Part shown: in pieces, positions 48,841 through 61,205 of the stretch | How positions within the stretch are numbered: the first letter of the stretch is position 1 | Layout: every line of letters begins with the position of its first letter | Origin: Leucoraja erinacea | Taxonomy: Eukaryota | DNA: 64,000 bases | Assembly (NCBI RefSeq): GCF_028641065.1 | Contig: NC_073409.1 | Location: 20,212,001 to 20,276,000, forward strand | Reading direction: 5' to 3' | Notes under the pieces: generated by a model | Told to the model about the DNA's origin: nothing | The model's database searches: none | Seen by the model: only the letters and a program-made list of their open reading frames with translations | Made by a program: the position numbers and the translations under genes

Positions 48841-49959
48841 CGGTGGAGTTGCTGCCTTACCAGGATCTATCCTGACTATGGGTGCTGTCTGTACGGATTG
48901 TACGTTCTCCCCGTGACCTGCTTGGGTTTCCTCCGGCTGCTCCGGTTTCCTCCTACCCTCCAAAGACGCTCAGGTTTGGAGGTCAATAGGCCTGGTCCCT
49001 AATTCTAAATGGTCCCCAAATGCGTGAGGGATAGTTTCAGTGTGCGGGGATCGCTGGTCGGCATGGACTTGATGGGCCGAAGGAGACCCATGCTGACCCA
49101 TTTCCGTGCTGTATCTCTGAACTAAACTAAATTAAACTACCTTGTCCCCCCTTGTCCAGTTCCTTCGGACTTACATCTGAGACACATCACAAGCTCTTCA
49201 ACACTTCAATAACTTTCAATTCCTATGTCCCCATCGCCTCAGCATGGATGATCAGTATATTCCATCGTTCCCCACTAGGAGGGGCTCAGGGTCATTAAAA
49301 TCTTCCTTGAACAGAAACTAAATCGGTTCTCCTCTACACTCTCCTCCCCCTTCCGAAATCTGTCCTCACCCTCAACAACCTTTCTGTTGACTCCTCTTTC
49401 TTTCTTCAAGTCTTATATTTGGCACGGTGGCACAGTGAGGTAGCGGTAGAGTTACTGCCTGGCAGCGACAGAGACCCGGGTTCAATCCTGACCACGGGTG
49501 CTGTTTGTACGTTCTCCCTGTGACCTGGGTTGGTTTTCTCCGCATGCTCTGGTTTCCTCCCACACGTGCAGGTTTGTAGGTTCATTGGCTTCTGCAAAGT
49601 GTGAATTGACCAGAGTGTGGAGGAGAGCGCGAGTGTACGGCGTGATCACTGGTCGGCGTGGCCTCGGTGGACTGATGGGCCTGTTTCCACGCTGCCTCTC
49701 TCAACATTAAAGTCTATTGGCACTCGCATGGATTACAGCTGTGCCTGTTATGTCAAACAACCCTTGAACCAGGCTTACACTGGCATCATCCCCAACTCTT
49801 TCGTCACATTGACAACAGCATCGGAGCTGCATCCTCCACCAATGCTGAACTCTAGATGCTACCTGTCCCACTGTCCAGCATTTTGTGTCCATCTTTGGTG
49901 TACTTCAGCACTTTAATTTTAGAGTTTTTAATTCTGCTTACTTTCAGTGACTGATGGAC

Positions 49960-50740
49960 AAGGACTCCCAGATCTCATTGTACTTCCCCTTTTCCTAACT
50001 TGATACCATTCAATAATCTGCCTTCCTGTTCTTGCCACCAAAGTGAATAATCTCACATTTATCCACATTAAATTGCATCTGCCCACTCCCCAACCTGTCC
50101 AAGTCACCCTGCATCCTCATAGCATCTTCCTCACAGTTCACACTGGCACCCAGCTTTGTGTCATCTGCAAATTTGCTAATGCCACTTTTAATCCCTTCAT
50201 CTAAATCATTACTGTATATTGTACAGGATACTGAGTTGGATGATCAGCCATGATCATATTGAATGGCGGTCGGTGCTGGCTCGAAGGACCGAATGGCCTA
50301 CTCCTGCACCTAATTTCTATGTTTCTATGTAAATAGCTGCGGCCCAGCACTGAGCCTTGTGATACCCCACTAGTCACTGCCTGCCATTCTGAAAGGAAAT
50401 TGTTTATCCCTACTCTTTATTTCCTGTATGCCAACTAATTTTCTATCCTTGTCAGTACTTTACTGCCAATACCAAGTGCTCCAATTTTGCCCAATAATCT
50501 CAAATGCGGTACCTTATCAACAACTTTCTGAAAGTCCAGGTACACAACATCCACTGGCTCTCCCTTGTCCATTTTCCTTGTTACATCCCCAAAAATTCCA
50601 GAAGATTAGACAACAATGATTTCCCCTTTGTAAATTCCATGCTGACTTGGACCGATTCTGTTACTGCAATAATGTGCCACTATTTTTTGTTTAATGTAAT
50701 TGATTCCAGCATCTTACCCATCACCGATGTCAGGCTAAAT
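49960..50740 (-). mobile_element. Decayed CR1 RT fragment with a short oppositely oriented CR1 3' end nested at about 50222-50329
   Basis: KFADDTKLG on the minus strand; actgtatattgt..aaatagctgc split by the insert. Confidence 0.75.
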
Positions 50741-51500
50741 GACGTCAAGAAAGATAATGCCATTTAGAGGGAAAGATAGACCAGTCATGATTGAATGGCA
50801 GAGTGGACTTGATGGGCCAAATGGCCTAATTCTTCTCCTGGAAATTATGTACATATTTATTTCCTTCAAAATACACTGAACTCTCATTGAAAAATGAAAT
50901 GTGGCCTTAAGCTTTTGGAGAAATATTGCACAACAATTAAAATCCTTTTACTCCCCCCTATTGCAAATTAGTTTAGTTTTGTTTAGAGGTACAGCATGGA
51001 AACAGGCCCTTTGGCCCACCAAGTCCACGCCGACCATCAATCACTCATTTATGCTAGTTCTGTATGATCTCAATTTCCCATCCACTCTTTCTACACTTGA
51101 GGCAATATATACAGAGGCCAATTAACATACAAACCTGCATGTCTTTGGGATGTGGGAGGAAACCGGTGGCGGACTAACTCAGCGGTCGGGCAGCATCCAT
51201 GGTGAACGTGAACAGGTCATGTTTCGGATGCCAACATGTCATGGGCCAATGGAAGGAGAATGGGTTTGAGAGGGAAAGATTGATCAGCCATGCTTGAATG
51301 GCAGAGTAGATTTGATGGGCCGAATGGCCTAATTCTGCCCTGAGAATTTATGAACATGTAATCTATCCCTGACGTGATGAGTTACCTCCCTGAGGTACTC
51401 CAGCACTTTGTGTTTTTATTCTCCTTTTGCCAATGTTTGTCACTTACCAACATTTCTAGTCAATTCTTCAACAGGATCAGTGTGATCATCTTTCCTCAAC

Positions 51501-53115
51501 ATGGGTGGTCTTGGATGGAAAAGCAGATCAAATGTCACATTTGTTCTCGGTATCATCTTCGCCCTGTCTTGTCCAATTACCCAAGCAGCTAGAATATTGG
51601 TCGTGCCTGTTGATGGAAGTCACTGGATCAACATGAAAATTCTAATGGAAGAGCTGATCCCTCGCGGCCACAACATCACTGTGCTTTGTTTCTCCACAGC
51701 CTGGTTCATCAAAGAGAGACCCGATCTGTATCAAACCATCATAGTTCAAGCACAAGATAATTTTGTAGCTCCTGTAAGGAAAGAAATGATGGAGAAATTT
51801 GTGCTAATGTCACTGGACAGGTTACAGAATGGTCACTCACTATGGGGCAACATAATGTTACAAAATGTAATGGTTACGATTATGTACAATTTCCATAGTC
51901 TTTATCAAAATTTCAACATGGCGATCTTTGAAAACAAAACCTTGTTGAATCAACTTGAAAATGCAAACCTTTGACCTAATACTCACAGATCCTATATTTG
52001 CTACTGGGCCAATGCTTGCATATTATTTAAAAGTGCCGCTGGTGTACAACATACGATGGCAGATCAATGGGGAAGCCCATTTTCTCACTGCCCCGTCACC
52101 ACTTTCCTACGTCCCACTTCCTGGCTCACTTCTCACAGACAAAATGGATTTTCTCCAAAGAACAGAAAATGTCATTCACAGTGTAATTCAACACTTGATT
52201 TCTGAATTTATGATGTATCCACTTTATAATGAATTCTGCCATCGGTATCTGGGACCAGACACGGACATCAAGTCGATTCTCCTCAGAGCTGATGTGTGGC
52301 TGATGAGGGTGGATTTTGTGTTTGAATTCCCAAGACCCACCATGCCAAACATTGTGTACATCGGAGGCTTCCAGTGTAAACCAGCACGGCCTCTGGCAGC
52401 AGAGTTTGAGGAGTTTGCCCAAAGCTCAGGGAAACATGGACTTGTTGTAATGTCATTGGGTTCCATTGTCGACTCTTTACCAATGGAGATTACAATGAAA
52501 ATAGTAGAAGCTTTATCTCAAATCCCCCAGAAGGTTATCTGGAGATATGATGGTGAGACCCCTCCCAATATAGGGAATAATACACTGCTGGCAAAATGGA
52601 TCCCTCAGAACGACCTGCTGGGTCACCCCAACACACGGGCCTTTGTTTCACACGGAGGCACCAATGGGATTTATGAAGCCATCTACCATGGGGTGCCAGT
52701 GATCGGCATGCCTCTGCTTTTTGACCAGTTTGACAATCTACTAAAGCTTGAATCCCGAGGAGCAGCAAAAGTGATCAACATTGCAACCATGCACTCCACA
52801 GATCTGTTGCAGACACTCAACGAGGTGATAAACGGCGCATCTTATGGGGACAACATGAAGAGACTCTCCGCTCTCCATCGGGACCAGCCAGAGTCGCCAA
52901 TGGAGAGAGCCGTTTTCTGGGTTGAGTACGTTGCCCGACACAAAGGGGCAGGGCATTTGCGCTCAGAATCCCACCAACTCCCCTGGTACGCTTACTATTG
53001 TGTAGATGTGATGATCTTTCTGATGTCTGTGTTACTCCTGCTCACTGTGTTGGTGGTTGGAACACTGAAGAAACTTTGTCTTATTGCACTGAAGAAAAAG
53101 CAAAAAATTCATTAA
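51501..53115 (+). pseudogene. UGT5-like copy C with a single +1 frameshift (pseudogene or assembly error); 537 aa if corrected
   Basis: ORFs 51501-51974 and 51955-53115 join if one C is removed at 51968-51969 (AAC C TTT GAC versus AAC TTT GAC in copy A); all other motifs intact. Confidence 0.85.
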
Positions 53116-54073
53116 GGTTTATCCTTTAGAATTGGGAGAATGTCTTTTAATTTTTTGCAATTACATTTTAGTAAACAATTTTTAATCATAGTTTCTCCAA
53201 CACCCCACCTAACATTTCTCTCGAAACCCATTCCCAATACAGCTAATGTGAATCTTAATAATGTCTATTCAGAAATTGTAACAGATATTTACTGAATGTA
53301 GTTTCCACTGTCAACCATCTGTACATGAATTAAATGTGACAAAATTGACATGTTTTTGAAATAGTCTTCAAACAAAACCTAAAAAACAGTTCACACGTGT
53401 CAAGAACCTGTTTTGATAATTGTTGTTCCCAATTCCCACAATCATACTGTCTATTGGTACACATGTTCACCACATTGTTTCTCAGTTTCAATATGTTTGT
53501 TTTCTCCATCATTGGAGTTGCCTTCCATGTCTTGTCATGTTGAAAAATTGCCTCTTTCATGAACTTTGTTCTGCACATTTTCCCAACTATGACTGATGCC
53601 TGATGACAGCTGAACCAGTGGGAGAGTCGAGGACCAGAGGCCACAGCCTCAGAAGAAAAGTCCATACCTTTAGAAAGGAGATGAGGAGGAATTTCTTTAG
53701 AGAGACGGGGTTGAATCTGTGGAATTCATTGTCACAGATGGCTGTGGAGGCCAAGTCAATAGGTATTTTTTATGGACGTCAGGGGTTATGGGGGGAAGGT
53801 AGGAGAATGGGGTTGAGAGGGAAGCAAATTGATTGAATGGCGTGAACTTGAAGAATGGCCTAATTCTGCTCCTACAACTTATGAACTTATGAAGACTCAC
53901 TTGGGAATATCCTGCTGATCGTTCATGAATGTTGGATCTAACAACTAGAACTTATTTCTGAACAGCATTGGCAGAAGCAAGTACAAGGGACTGATCTCGG
54001 ATCAGTGTTAAGGGAGATTGAGAAATAAATGAGGAGCTAAATGTTAGCACTGCTGGCAGGAGATTTGACTGAA

Positions 54074-54137
54074 GATGTTGCAGGAACATATGAGCCTGAA
54101 ATATTAATAATTCAGGCTCATATGTTCCTGCAACATC
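54074..54137. repeat. Perfect inverted repeat, 27-bp arms, 10-nt AT spacer
   Basis: 54074-54100 is the exact reverse complement of 54111-54137. Confidence 0.95.
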
Positions 54138-54306
54138 ATCAGTTTCCCATTTACTCATTAATAAATGGGATTCCAGTTGATGTGAAGGCCAGGCCAAATA
54201 TTGTTTGTAAGGAAGATAGACACAAAAAAAGCTTGTGTAACTTAGCGGGTCAGGCAACATATATGGAGACAAGGAATATGTGACATTTAGGGTCGATAGA
54301 TGTCTT

Positions 54307-54343
54307 CAGTCTGAAGAAGGGTCTTGTCCCGAAACGTCACCTG
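54307..54343 (+). ncRNA. Minimal type I hammerhead ribozyme motif in Penelope terminal repeat (representative copy)
   Basis: cagt-CTGAAGA-a-GGGtcttgtCCC-GAAAC-GTC-acctg: both core boxes, stem II, palindromic ACGT stem III, GUC cleavage triplet. Confidence 0.65.
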
Positions 54344-54799
54344 TTCGCTCTCAACTGAGATGCTGCCTGTCCCGCTGAGTTACTCCAGCTTTTTGTGTCT
54401 ATCTTCTGATTGGGAGTCAGCGGAGAGGGTACCGAGAAAGATATGAAAAGGTACATAGAACGAATGAATGAGCGATATGCAAAAAGACAGATCAGAGTCA
54501 GAAACAACAATCAAGGAAAGATTGCGCCCACAATGGTCCATTGTTGGCTGTGGGGAATGTGATAATTAATAATGCAAACAGTGAAACTCAGCAGGACGAC
54601 AGTGAAACTAGTACAAAAACTAGGGTAGGACAGGGACAGAGGGAGGGGATGAAAGGGTTACTTGAAGTTAAAGAAATCAATATTCATACTGCTGGGTTGT
54701 CAGCTGCCCAAGCAACATATGACGTTTCCTACTGCTGTGTACATCTTTTAAAAATGAATTGTCAGTCACCCACTGAAGATGCAACAGCTGTCCCCATAC

Positions 54800-55435
54800 C
54801 ACCTCCCTCGGCTTTGTCCAGGGACCCCGACAGTCCTTTCAGGCTAGACAGTGGTCACTTGCACCTTCTCCAACCTTATCTACTGTATCCGTTGTTCAAG
54901 ATGTGGACTCTTATAAATCGGCGAGACCAAGCGCAAATCATTACGCGGAACACCTTCGCTCAGTGCACCTGAAACTACACGATCTCCCCGTTACTAAACA
55001 CTTTAATTCTGCTATCCATTCCCACACAGACATTTTGGTCCTCGTTCTCCTCCATTGTCAGAGTGAGGCTAAACACAAATTGGAGGAACAGCATCTTATA
55101 TTTCACTTGGGCAGCTTACAGCCCAGTGGTATGAATATTGAATTCTCTAACTTCAAGTAACCCCAGCATTTCCTTTCTATCCCTCCCCCACCCAAGTCGC
55201 ACTAGCTTCTCATTTTCACTCAACAAATGGCGAACTATTCCTGTTTCCTATATGATTGTTAATTTTTTGCATATTTTTCATTTATTGTTCTTTATATCTC
55301 TACAACATCATCTATATCTCTCATTTCTCTTGTCCCAAACCAGTCTGAAGAAGGGTCTCAACCCGAAACATCACCCATTCCTTCTCTCCAGAGATGCTGT
55401 CTGGCTTGCTGGGTTACGCCAGCATTTTGTGTCTT
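54800..55435 (+). mobile_element. Penelope-like element fragment (GIY-YIG endonuclease end plus terminal repeat with hammerhead motif)
   Basis: ..AEHLRSV..PVTKHFNS..KLEEQHLIFHLGSLQPSGMNIEF followed by CTGAAGAAGGGTCTCAACCCGAAAC. Confidence 0.8.
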
Positions 55436-55579
55436 GATCCCGATCATAGAGTTTAGTTTAGAGATTCAACACGGAAACAGGCTCTTTCTCCCACCAAGTC
55501 CGTGCTGACCAGCGATCCCCGCACATTAACACTGTCCTACACACACATTAGGGACAATTTACATTTATACCAAGCCAAA

Positions 55580-55792
55580 GAGTGTTTTAGTTTGAAAATG
55601 CTTGGTAAAAGTGTGTGTTTGGTTTGAAAATGCTTGGTAAAAGTGTGTGTTTGGTTTGAAAATGCTTGGTAAAAGTATGTTTTGGTTTGAAAATGCTAGC
55701 GTTGCCTTGCCTAATTGAAAAGTTGGTTTGAGAATGCTAAAGTTGCCTTCCTAATTGAAAAGTTGGTTTGAAAATGCTAAAGTTGCCTTGCC
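55580..55792. repeat. Minisatellite (32-bp then about 40-bp units sharing GGTTTGAAAATGCT)
   Basis: Direct inspection. Confidence 0.85.
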
Positions 55793-55793
55793 A

Positions 55794-56548
55794 TCTATAT
55801 AATTAAATGTCTCATCTTGACCACTTCCTTTTTGCACTGTATATTGATTTTAGGAAAAACGATACCACGTACGGCTGTGATTATTGGCCATCTTACTGAG
55901 AGTCCCCCTCTGCTCATCAGGTGGTGAGGATTTTTCCCAACGATTAAAAATATAAGAGTAATTATTGTTTGAAAAATGTTGAGATTCTCTATCCTGTCAA
56001 TTACACCATGAAGGTCACGCCCCTTCTGGTGGGAGGGACTATAAAACCTGGAAGTGTGGGTGTGGCTCAGTCTCTGCAAGAAGGGGGAGTGAGAGGTCAC
56101 GACTCTCTGCCTTTAGTGGCCTTGCACCCTGCTTGAAATGGCATGAAACTGCATTTGAATTTGCTGGCCTTGCACCATGCTTGAAATGGTATGAAACTGC
56201 ACTTGAATTTTATGGCCATGCAACCTGCTTGAAATGGTAGGAAACTGCACTCGAATTTGATGGCCTTGCACCCTGCTTGAAGTGGCAGGAAACTGCACTT
56301 GAATTTGGTAGCCTTGCACCCTGCTTGAAGTGGCATTTCAAGGTACAGCCGTGAATAAACTGTCAGCCCACCAGCCTTGAGTGACTGAGCCGCCAGCCCA
56401 AGAATCCATTCAGCCCACAACACTCATATTCGTGCTCCAGAAAGCCCCCACCCCCCGCACACTGGCCACCAATATTGGAATTGGTGGAGAGGTGGAATAT
56501 TCACCCTCCCGTGTGAAGCTGGGCCACAACGGGTCCCACTTAGTCTAG
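55794..56548 (+). mobile_element. Non-autonomous Helitron with internal 48-bp tandem repeat
   Basis: A|TCTATATAATTAAA 5' end; subterminal GGGCC..GGTCCC hairpin, then CTAG|T 3' end; 48-bp units starting 56117, 56165, 56213, 56261, 56309. Confidence 0.8.
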
Positions 56549-56614
56549 TAACAAATAAAATTAGTTTGTTACAATGAGCAGAAAATATGAAAATACAAGC
56601 TGGCAACTCAGAAG

Positions 56615-57178
56615 GTGGATAAAAATGCTGGAGAAACTCAGCGGGCGAGGCAGCATCTATGGAGTGAAGGAAATAGGCAATGTTTGTGGTCAAAACCGTT
56701 CTCCAGACTGATGTGAGGATGGGGGGGGGGGGGGGGAGCAGGAAGAAGAAAGGAAGAGGTGGAGCCAGTGGGCTGAGGGAGAGCTGAGAAGGGGAGGAGA
56801 AAGTTGGGACTACCTGAAATTAGAGAAGTCAATGTTCATACCGCTGGGGTGCAAAGTGCCCAAGCGAAATATGAGGTGCTGCTCCTCCAACTGATGGTGG
56901 TCCTCAATCTGGCCATGGAGGAGGCCCACGACAGAAAGGTTGGATTCAGAATGGGAAGGGGAGTTGAAGTGCGGAGCTGTTCGGCGAAGCGATCGCCAAG
57001 CCTACGCTTGGTCTCACCGATGTAGAGCAGCTGACATCTAGAGCAGCAGATGCAATAGATGAGGTTGAAGAAGGTGCAGGTGAACCTCTGCCGCATCTGG
57101 AAAGACTGCTTGGGTCCTTGAATGGAGTCCAGGGGGGAGGTAAAGCGACAAGTGTAGCATTTCCTGAGGTTGCAAGGG
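56615..57178 (-). mobile_element. Penelope-like element fragment, abutting the CR1 3' tail
   Basis: CSRCQLLYIGETKRRLGDRFAEQLR GIY-YIG motif. Confidence 0.85.
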
Positions 57179-57272
57179 AAACATAGAAACATAGAAATTA
57201 GGTGCAGGAGTAGGCCATTCGGCCCTTCGAGCCTGCACCGCCATTCAATATGATCATGGCTGATCATCCAAC

Positions 57273-60258
57273 TCAGTATCCCGTACCTGCCTTCTCTCCA
57301 TACCCCCTGATCCCCTTAGCCACAAGGGCCACATCTAACTCCCTCTTAAATATAGCCAATGAACTGGCCTCAACTACCCTCTGTGGCAGAGAGTTCCAGA
57401 GATTCACCACTCTCTGTGTGAAAACCTTTCTTCTCATCTCGGTTTTAAAGGATTTCCCCTTTATCCTTAAGCTGTGACCCCTTGTCCTGGACTTCCCTAA
57501 CATCGGGAACAATCTTCCTGCATCTAGCCTGTCCAACCCCTTAAGAATTTTGTAAGTTTCTATAAGATCCCCTCTCAATCTTCTAAATTCTAGAGAGTAT
57601 AAACCAAGTCTATCCAGTCTTTTCTTCATAAGACAGTCCTGACATCCCAGGAATCAGTCTGGTGAACCGTCTCTGCACTCCCTCTACGGCAATAATGTCC
57701 TTCCTCAGATTTGGAGACCAAAACTGTACGCAATACTCCAGGTGTGGTCTCACCAAGACCCTGTACAACTGCAGTAGAACCTCTCTGCTCCTATACTCAA
57801 ATCCTTTTGCAATGAAAGCTAACATACCATTCGCTTTCTTTACTGCCTGCTGCACCTGCATGCCTACCTTCAATGACTGGTGTACAATGACACCCAGGTC
57901 TCGCTGCATCTCCCCCTTTCCCAATCGGCCACCATTTAGATAATAGTCTGCTTTCCTGTTTTTGCCACCAAAATGGATAACCTCACATTTATCCACATTA
58001 TACTGCATCTGCCAAACATTTGCCCACTCACCCAGCCTATCCAAGTCACCCTGCAGTCTCCTAGCATCCTCCTCACAGCTAACACTGCCCCCCAGCTTAG
58101 TGTCATCCGCAAACTTGGAGATATTGCCTTCAATTCCCTCATCCAGATCATTAATATATATTGTAAATAGCTGGGGTCCCAGTACTGAGCCTTGCGGTAC
58201 CCCACTAGTCACTGCCTGCCATTGTGAAAAGGACCCGTTTACTCCTACTCTTTGCTTCCTGTTTGCCAGCCAGTTCTCTATCCACATCAATACTGAACCC
58301 CCAATGCCATGTGCTTTAAGTTTGTATACTAATCTCTTATGTGGGACCTTGTCGAAAGCCTTCTGGAAGTCCAGATACACCACATCCACTGTTTCTCCCC
58401 TATCCACGCTACTAGTTACATCCTCGAAAAATTCTATAAGATTCGTCAGACATGATTTACCTTTCGTAAATTCATGCTGACTTTGTCCAATGATTTCACC
58501 ACTTTCCAAATGTGCTGCTATCCCATCTTTAATAACTGACTCTAGCAGTTTCCCCACTACCGATGTTAGGCTAACTGGTCTGTAATTCCCCGTTTTCTCT
58601 CTCCCTCCCTTCTTAAAAAGTGGGGTTACGTTTGCTACCCGCCAATCCTCTGGAACTACTCCAGAATCTAAAGAGTTTTGAAAGATTATTACTAATGCAT
58701 CCACTATTTCTGGAGCTACTTCCTTAAGTACTCTGGGATGCAGCCTATCTGGCCCTGGGGATTTATCGGCCTTTAATCCATTCAATTTACCCAACACCAC
58801 TTCCCGACTAACCTGGATTTCACTCAATTCCTCCACCTCCTTTGACCCGCGGGCCCCTGCTATTTCCGGCAGATCATTTATGTCTTCCTTAGTGAAGACG
58901 GAACCAAAGTAGTTATTCAATTGGTCCGCCATATCCTGGTTCCCCATGATCAACTCACCTGTTTCTGACTGCAAGGGACCTACATTTGTTTTAACTAATC
59001 TCTTTCTTTTCACATATCTATAAAAACGTTTGCAGTCAGTTTTTATGTTCACTGCCAGTTTTCTTTCATAATCCATTTTTCCTTTTCTAATTAAGCCCTT
59101 CGTCCTCCTCTGCTGGTCTCTGAATTTCTCCCAGTCCTCCGGTATGCTGCTTTTTCTGGCTAGTTTGTACGCATCATCCTTTGCTTTGATACTATCCCTG
59201 ATTTCCCTTGTTATCCATGGATGCACTACCTTCCCTGATTTATTCTTTTGCCAAACTGGGATGAACAATTTTTGTAGTTCATCCATGCAGTCTTTAAATG
59301 CCTTCCATTGCATATCCACCGTCAACCCTTTTAGAATTAATTGCCAGTCAATCTTGGCCAATTCACGTCTCATACCCTCAAAGTTACCTTTCTTTAAGTT
59401 CAAAACCATTGTTTCTGAATTAACAATGTCACCCTCCATCCTAATGAAGAACTCAATCATATTATGGTCACTCTTGCCCAAGGGGCCACGCACAACAAGA
59501 CTACTAACTAACCCTTCCTCATTACTCAATACCCAGTCTAAAATAGCCAGCTCTCTCGTTGGTTCCTCTACATGTTGGTTTAGATAACTATCCCGCATAC
59601 ATTCCAAGAAATCCTCTTCCTCAGCACCCCTGCCAGTTTGATTCACCCAATCTATATGTAGATTGAAGTCACCCATTATAACTGCTTTGCCTTTGTCGCA
59701 AGCATTTCTAATTTCCTGTTTGATGCCATCCCCAACTTCACTACTACTGTTAGGTGGCCTGTACACAACACCCACCAGCGTTTTCTGCCCCTTATTGTTT
59801 CGCAGCTCTACCCATACCGATTCCACATCCTCCAAACTAATGTCCTTCCTTTCCATTGCGTTAATCTCCTCTCTAACCAGCAACACTACCCCACCTCCTT
59901 TTCCTTTCTCTCTATCCCTCCTGAATATTGAATATCCCGGGATGTTCAGCTCCCAGCCTTGGTCACCCTGGAGCCATGTCTCCGTGATCCCAACTATATC
60001 ATAATCATTAATGGCTATCTGCACGTTCAACTCATCCACCTTATTACGAATACTCCTTGCATTGAGACACAAAGCCTTCAGGCTTGTTTTTACAACGCTC
60101 TTACCCCTTATACAATTATGTTGAAAAGTGGCCCTTTTTGATTTTTGCCCTGGTTTTGTCTGCCTGCCACTTTTACTTTTCACCTTGCTACCTATTGCTT
60201 CTACCTTCATTTTACACCCCCCTGCCCCTCTGCTCTTGTACCCATCCCCCTGCCACAT
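57273..60258 (-). CDS. CR1 ORF2p (AP endonuclease and reverse transcriptase) with +1 frameshift at about 57620-57623
   Basis: LNARS, ITETWL, GDFN, SDHN endonuclease motifs; YRPVSLTS, LDFQKAFD, GVPQGSVLGP, FADD RT motifs; extra A (GAAGAAAAG versus GAAGAAAG in the 37797 copy). Confidence 0.92.
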
Positions 60259-61205
60259 TAGTTTAAATCCTCCCCGACAGCAGTAGCAAACACCCCCCCA
60301 AGGACATTGGTTCCATTCCAGCCCAGGTGCAGACCGTCCTGTTTGTACTGGTCCCACCTCCCCCAGAACTGGTTCCAATGCCCTAAAAATTTGAATCCCT
60401 CCCCCTTGCACCATTTTTCAAGCCACGTATTCATCTGCAATATCCTCCTATTTCTGCTCTGACTGGCCCGTGGTACTGGTAGTAATCCAGAGATTATTAC
60501 CTTTGAGGTCCTACTTTTAAGCTTATCTCCTAGCTCCCTAAATTCATCCTTTAGGACCTCATCCCTTTTTTTACCTATATCGTTGGTGCCAATATGCACC
60601 ACGACAACTGGCTGTTCACTCTCCCCCTCCAGAATGTCCTGCAGCCGTTCTGTGACATCCCTGACCCTTGCACCAGGGAGGCAACATACCATCCTGGAGT
60701 CTCTTTTGCGGCCGCAGAAACGCCTATCTATTCCCCTGACAATTGAATCCCCTATTACTATTGCCCTTCCACTCTTTTTCTCCCCCTCATGTGCCGCAGA
60801 GCCACCCATGGTGCCATGAACTTGGCTGCTGCTGCATTCCCCTGATGAGCAATCTCCCTCAACAGTTTCCAAAATGGTATACCTGTTTAGGAGGGAGATG
60901 ACTGCAGGGGACTCCTGCACTACCTGCCTACTGCTTTGCTGACTATTGGCCACCCGTTCCCCTTCTGTCCTCTTACCTTTTACCTGCGGTGTGACCAACT
61001 CACTGTACGTGCTGTCCACGACTTTCTCAGCGTCGTGGATGCTCCAGTATGAATCCAACCGCAGCTCCAATCGTTCAATGCGGTCTGCCAGGAGCTGCAG
61101 CTGTACACACTTCCTGCAAACATAGTCACCAGGGACACCAACCATATCCCTGATCTCCCACATGTTGCAGGCTGAGCAAACCACGGGGCCAATCTCCACC
61201 GACAT
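60258..61205 (-). CDS. CR1 ORF1p: zinc-finger/leucine-zipper plus SGNH esterase domain, 315 aa
   Basis: CxxC..CxxC, heptad LADRIERLELRL, and IVIGDSIV / HIGTND / DGLHL SGNH blocks. Confidence 0.92.
   Translation of the reverse strand: MSVEIGPVVCSACNMWEIRDMVGVPGDYVCRKCVQLQLLADRIERLELRLDSYWSIHDAEKVVDSTYSELVTPQVKGKRTEGERVANSQQSSRQVVQESPAVISLLNRYTILETVEGDCSSGECSSSQVHGTMGGSAAHEGEKKSGRAIVIGDSIVRGIDRRFCGRKRDSRMVCCLPGARVRDVTERLQDILEGESEQPVVVVHIGTNDIGKKRDEVLKDEFRELGDKLKSRTSKVIISGLLPVPRASQSRNRRILQMNTWLEKWCKGEGFKFLGHWNQFWGRWDQYKQDGLHLGWNGTNVLGGVFATAVGEDLN

Noticed and set aside
56097-56423. ORFs with 16-aa repeats (FQAGCKA.KF.CSF)
   Set aside because: Caused by the 48-bp tandem repeat inside the Helitron
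60259-60414. ORF-track start for a 934-aa CR1 ORF2
   Set aside because: Overlaps the ORF1 3' end; the ATG at 60258 overlapping the ORF1 stop is the more plausible start
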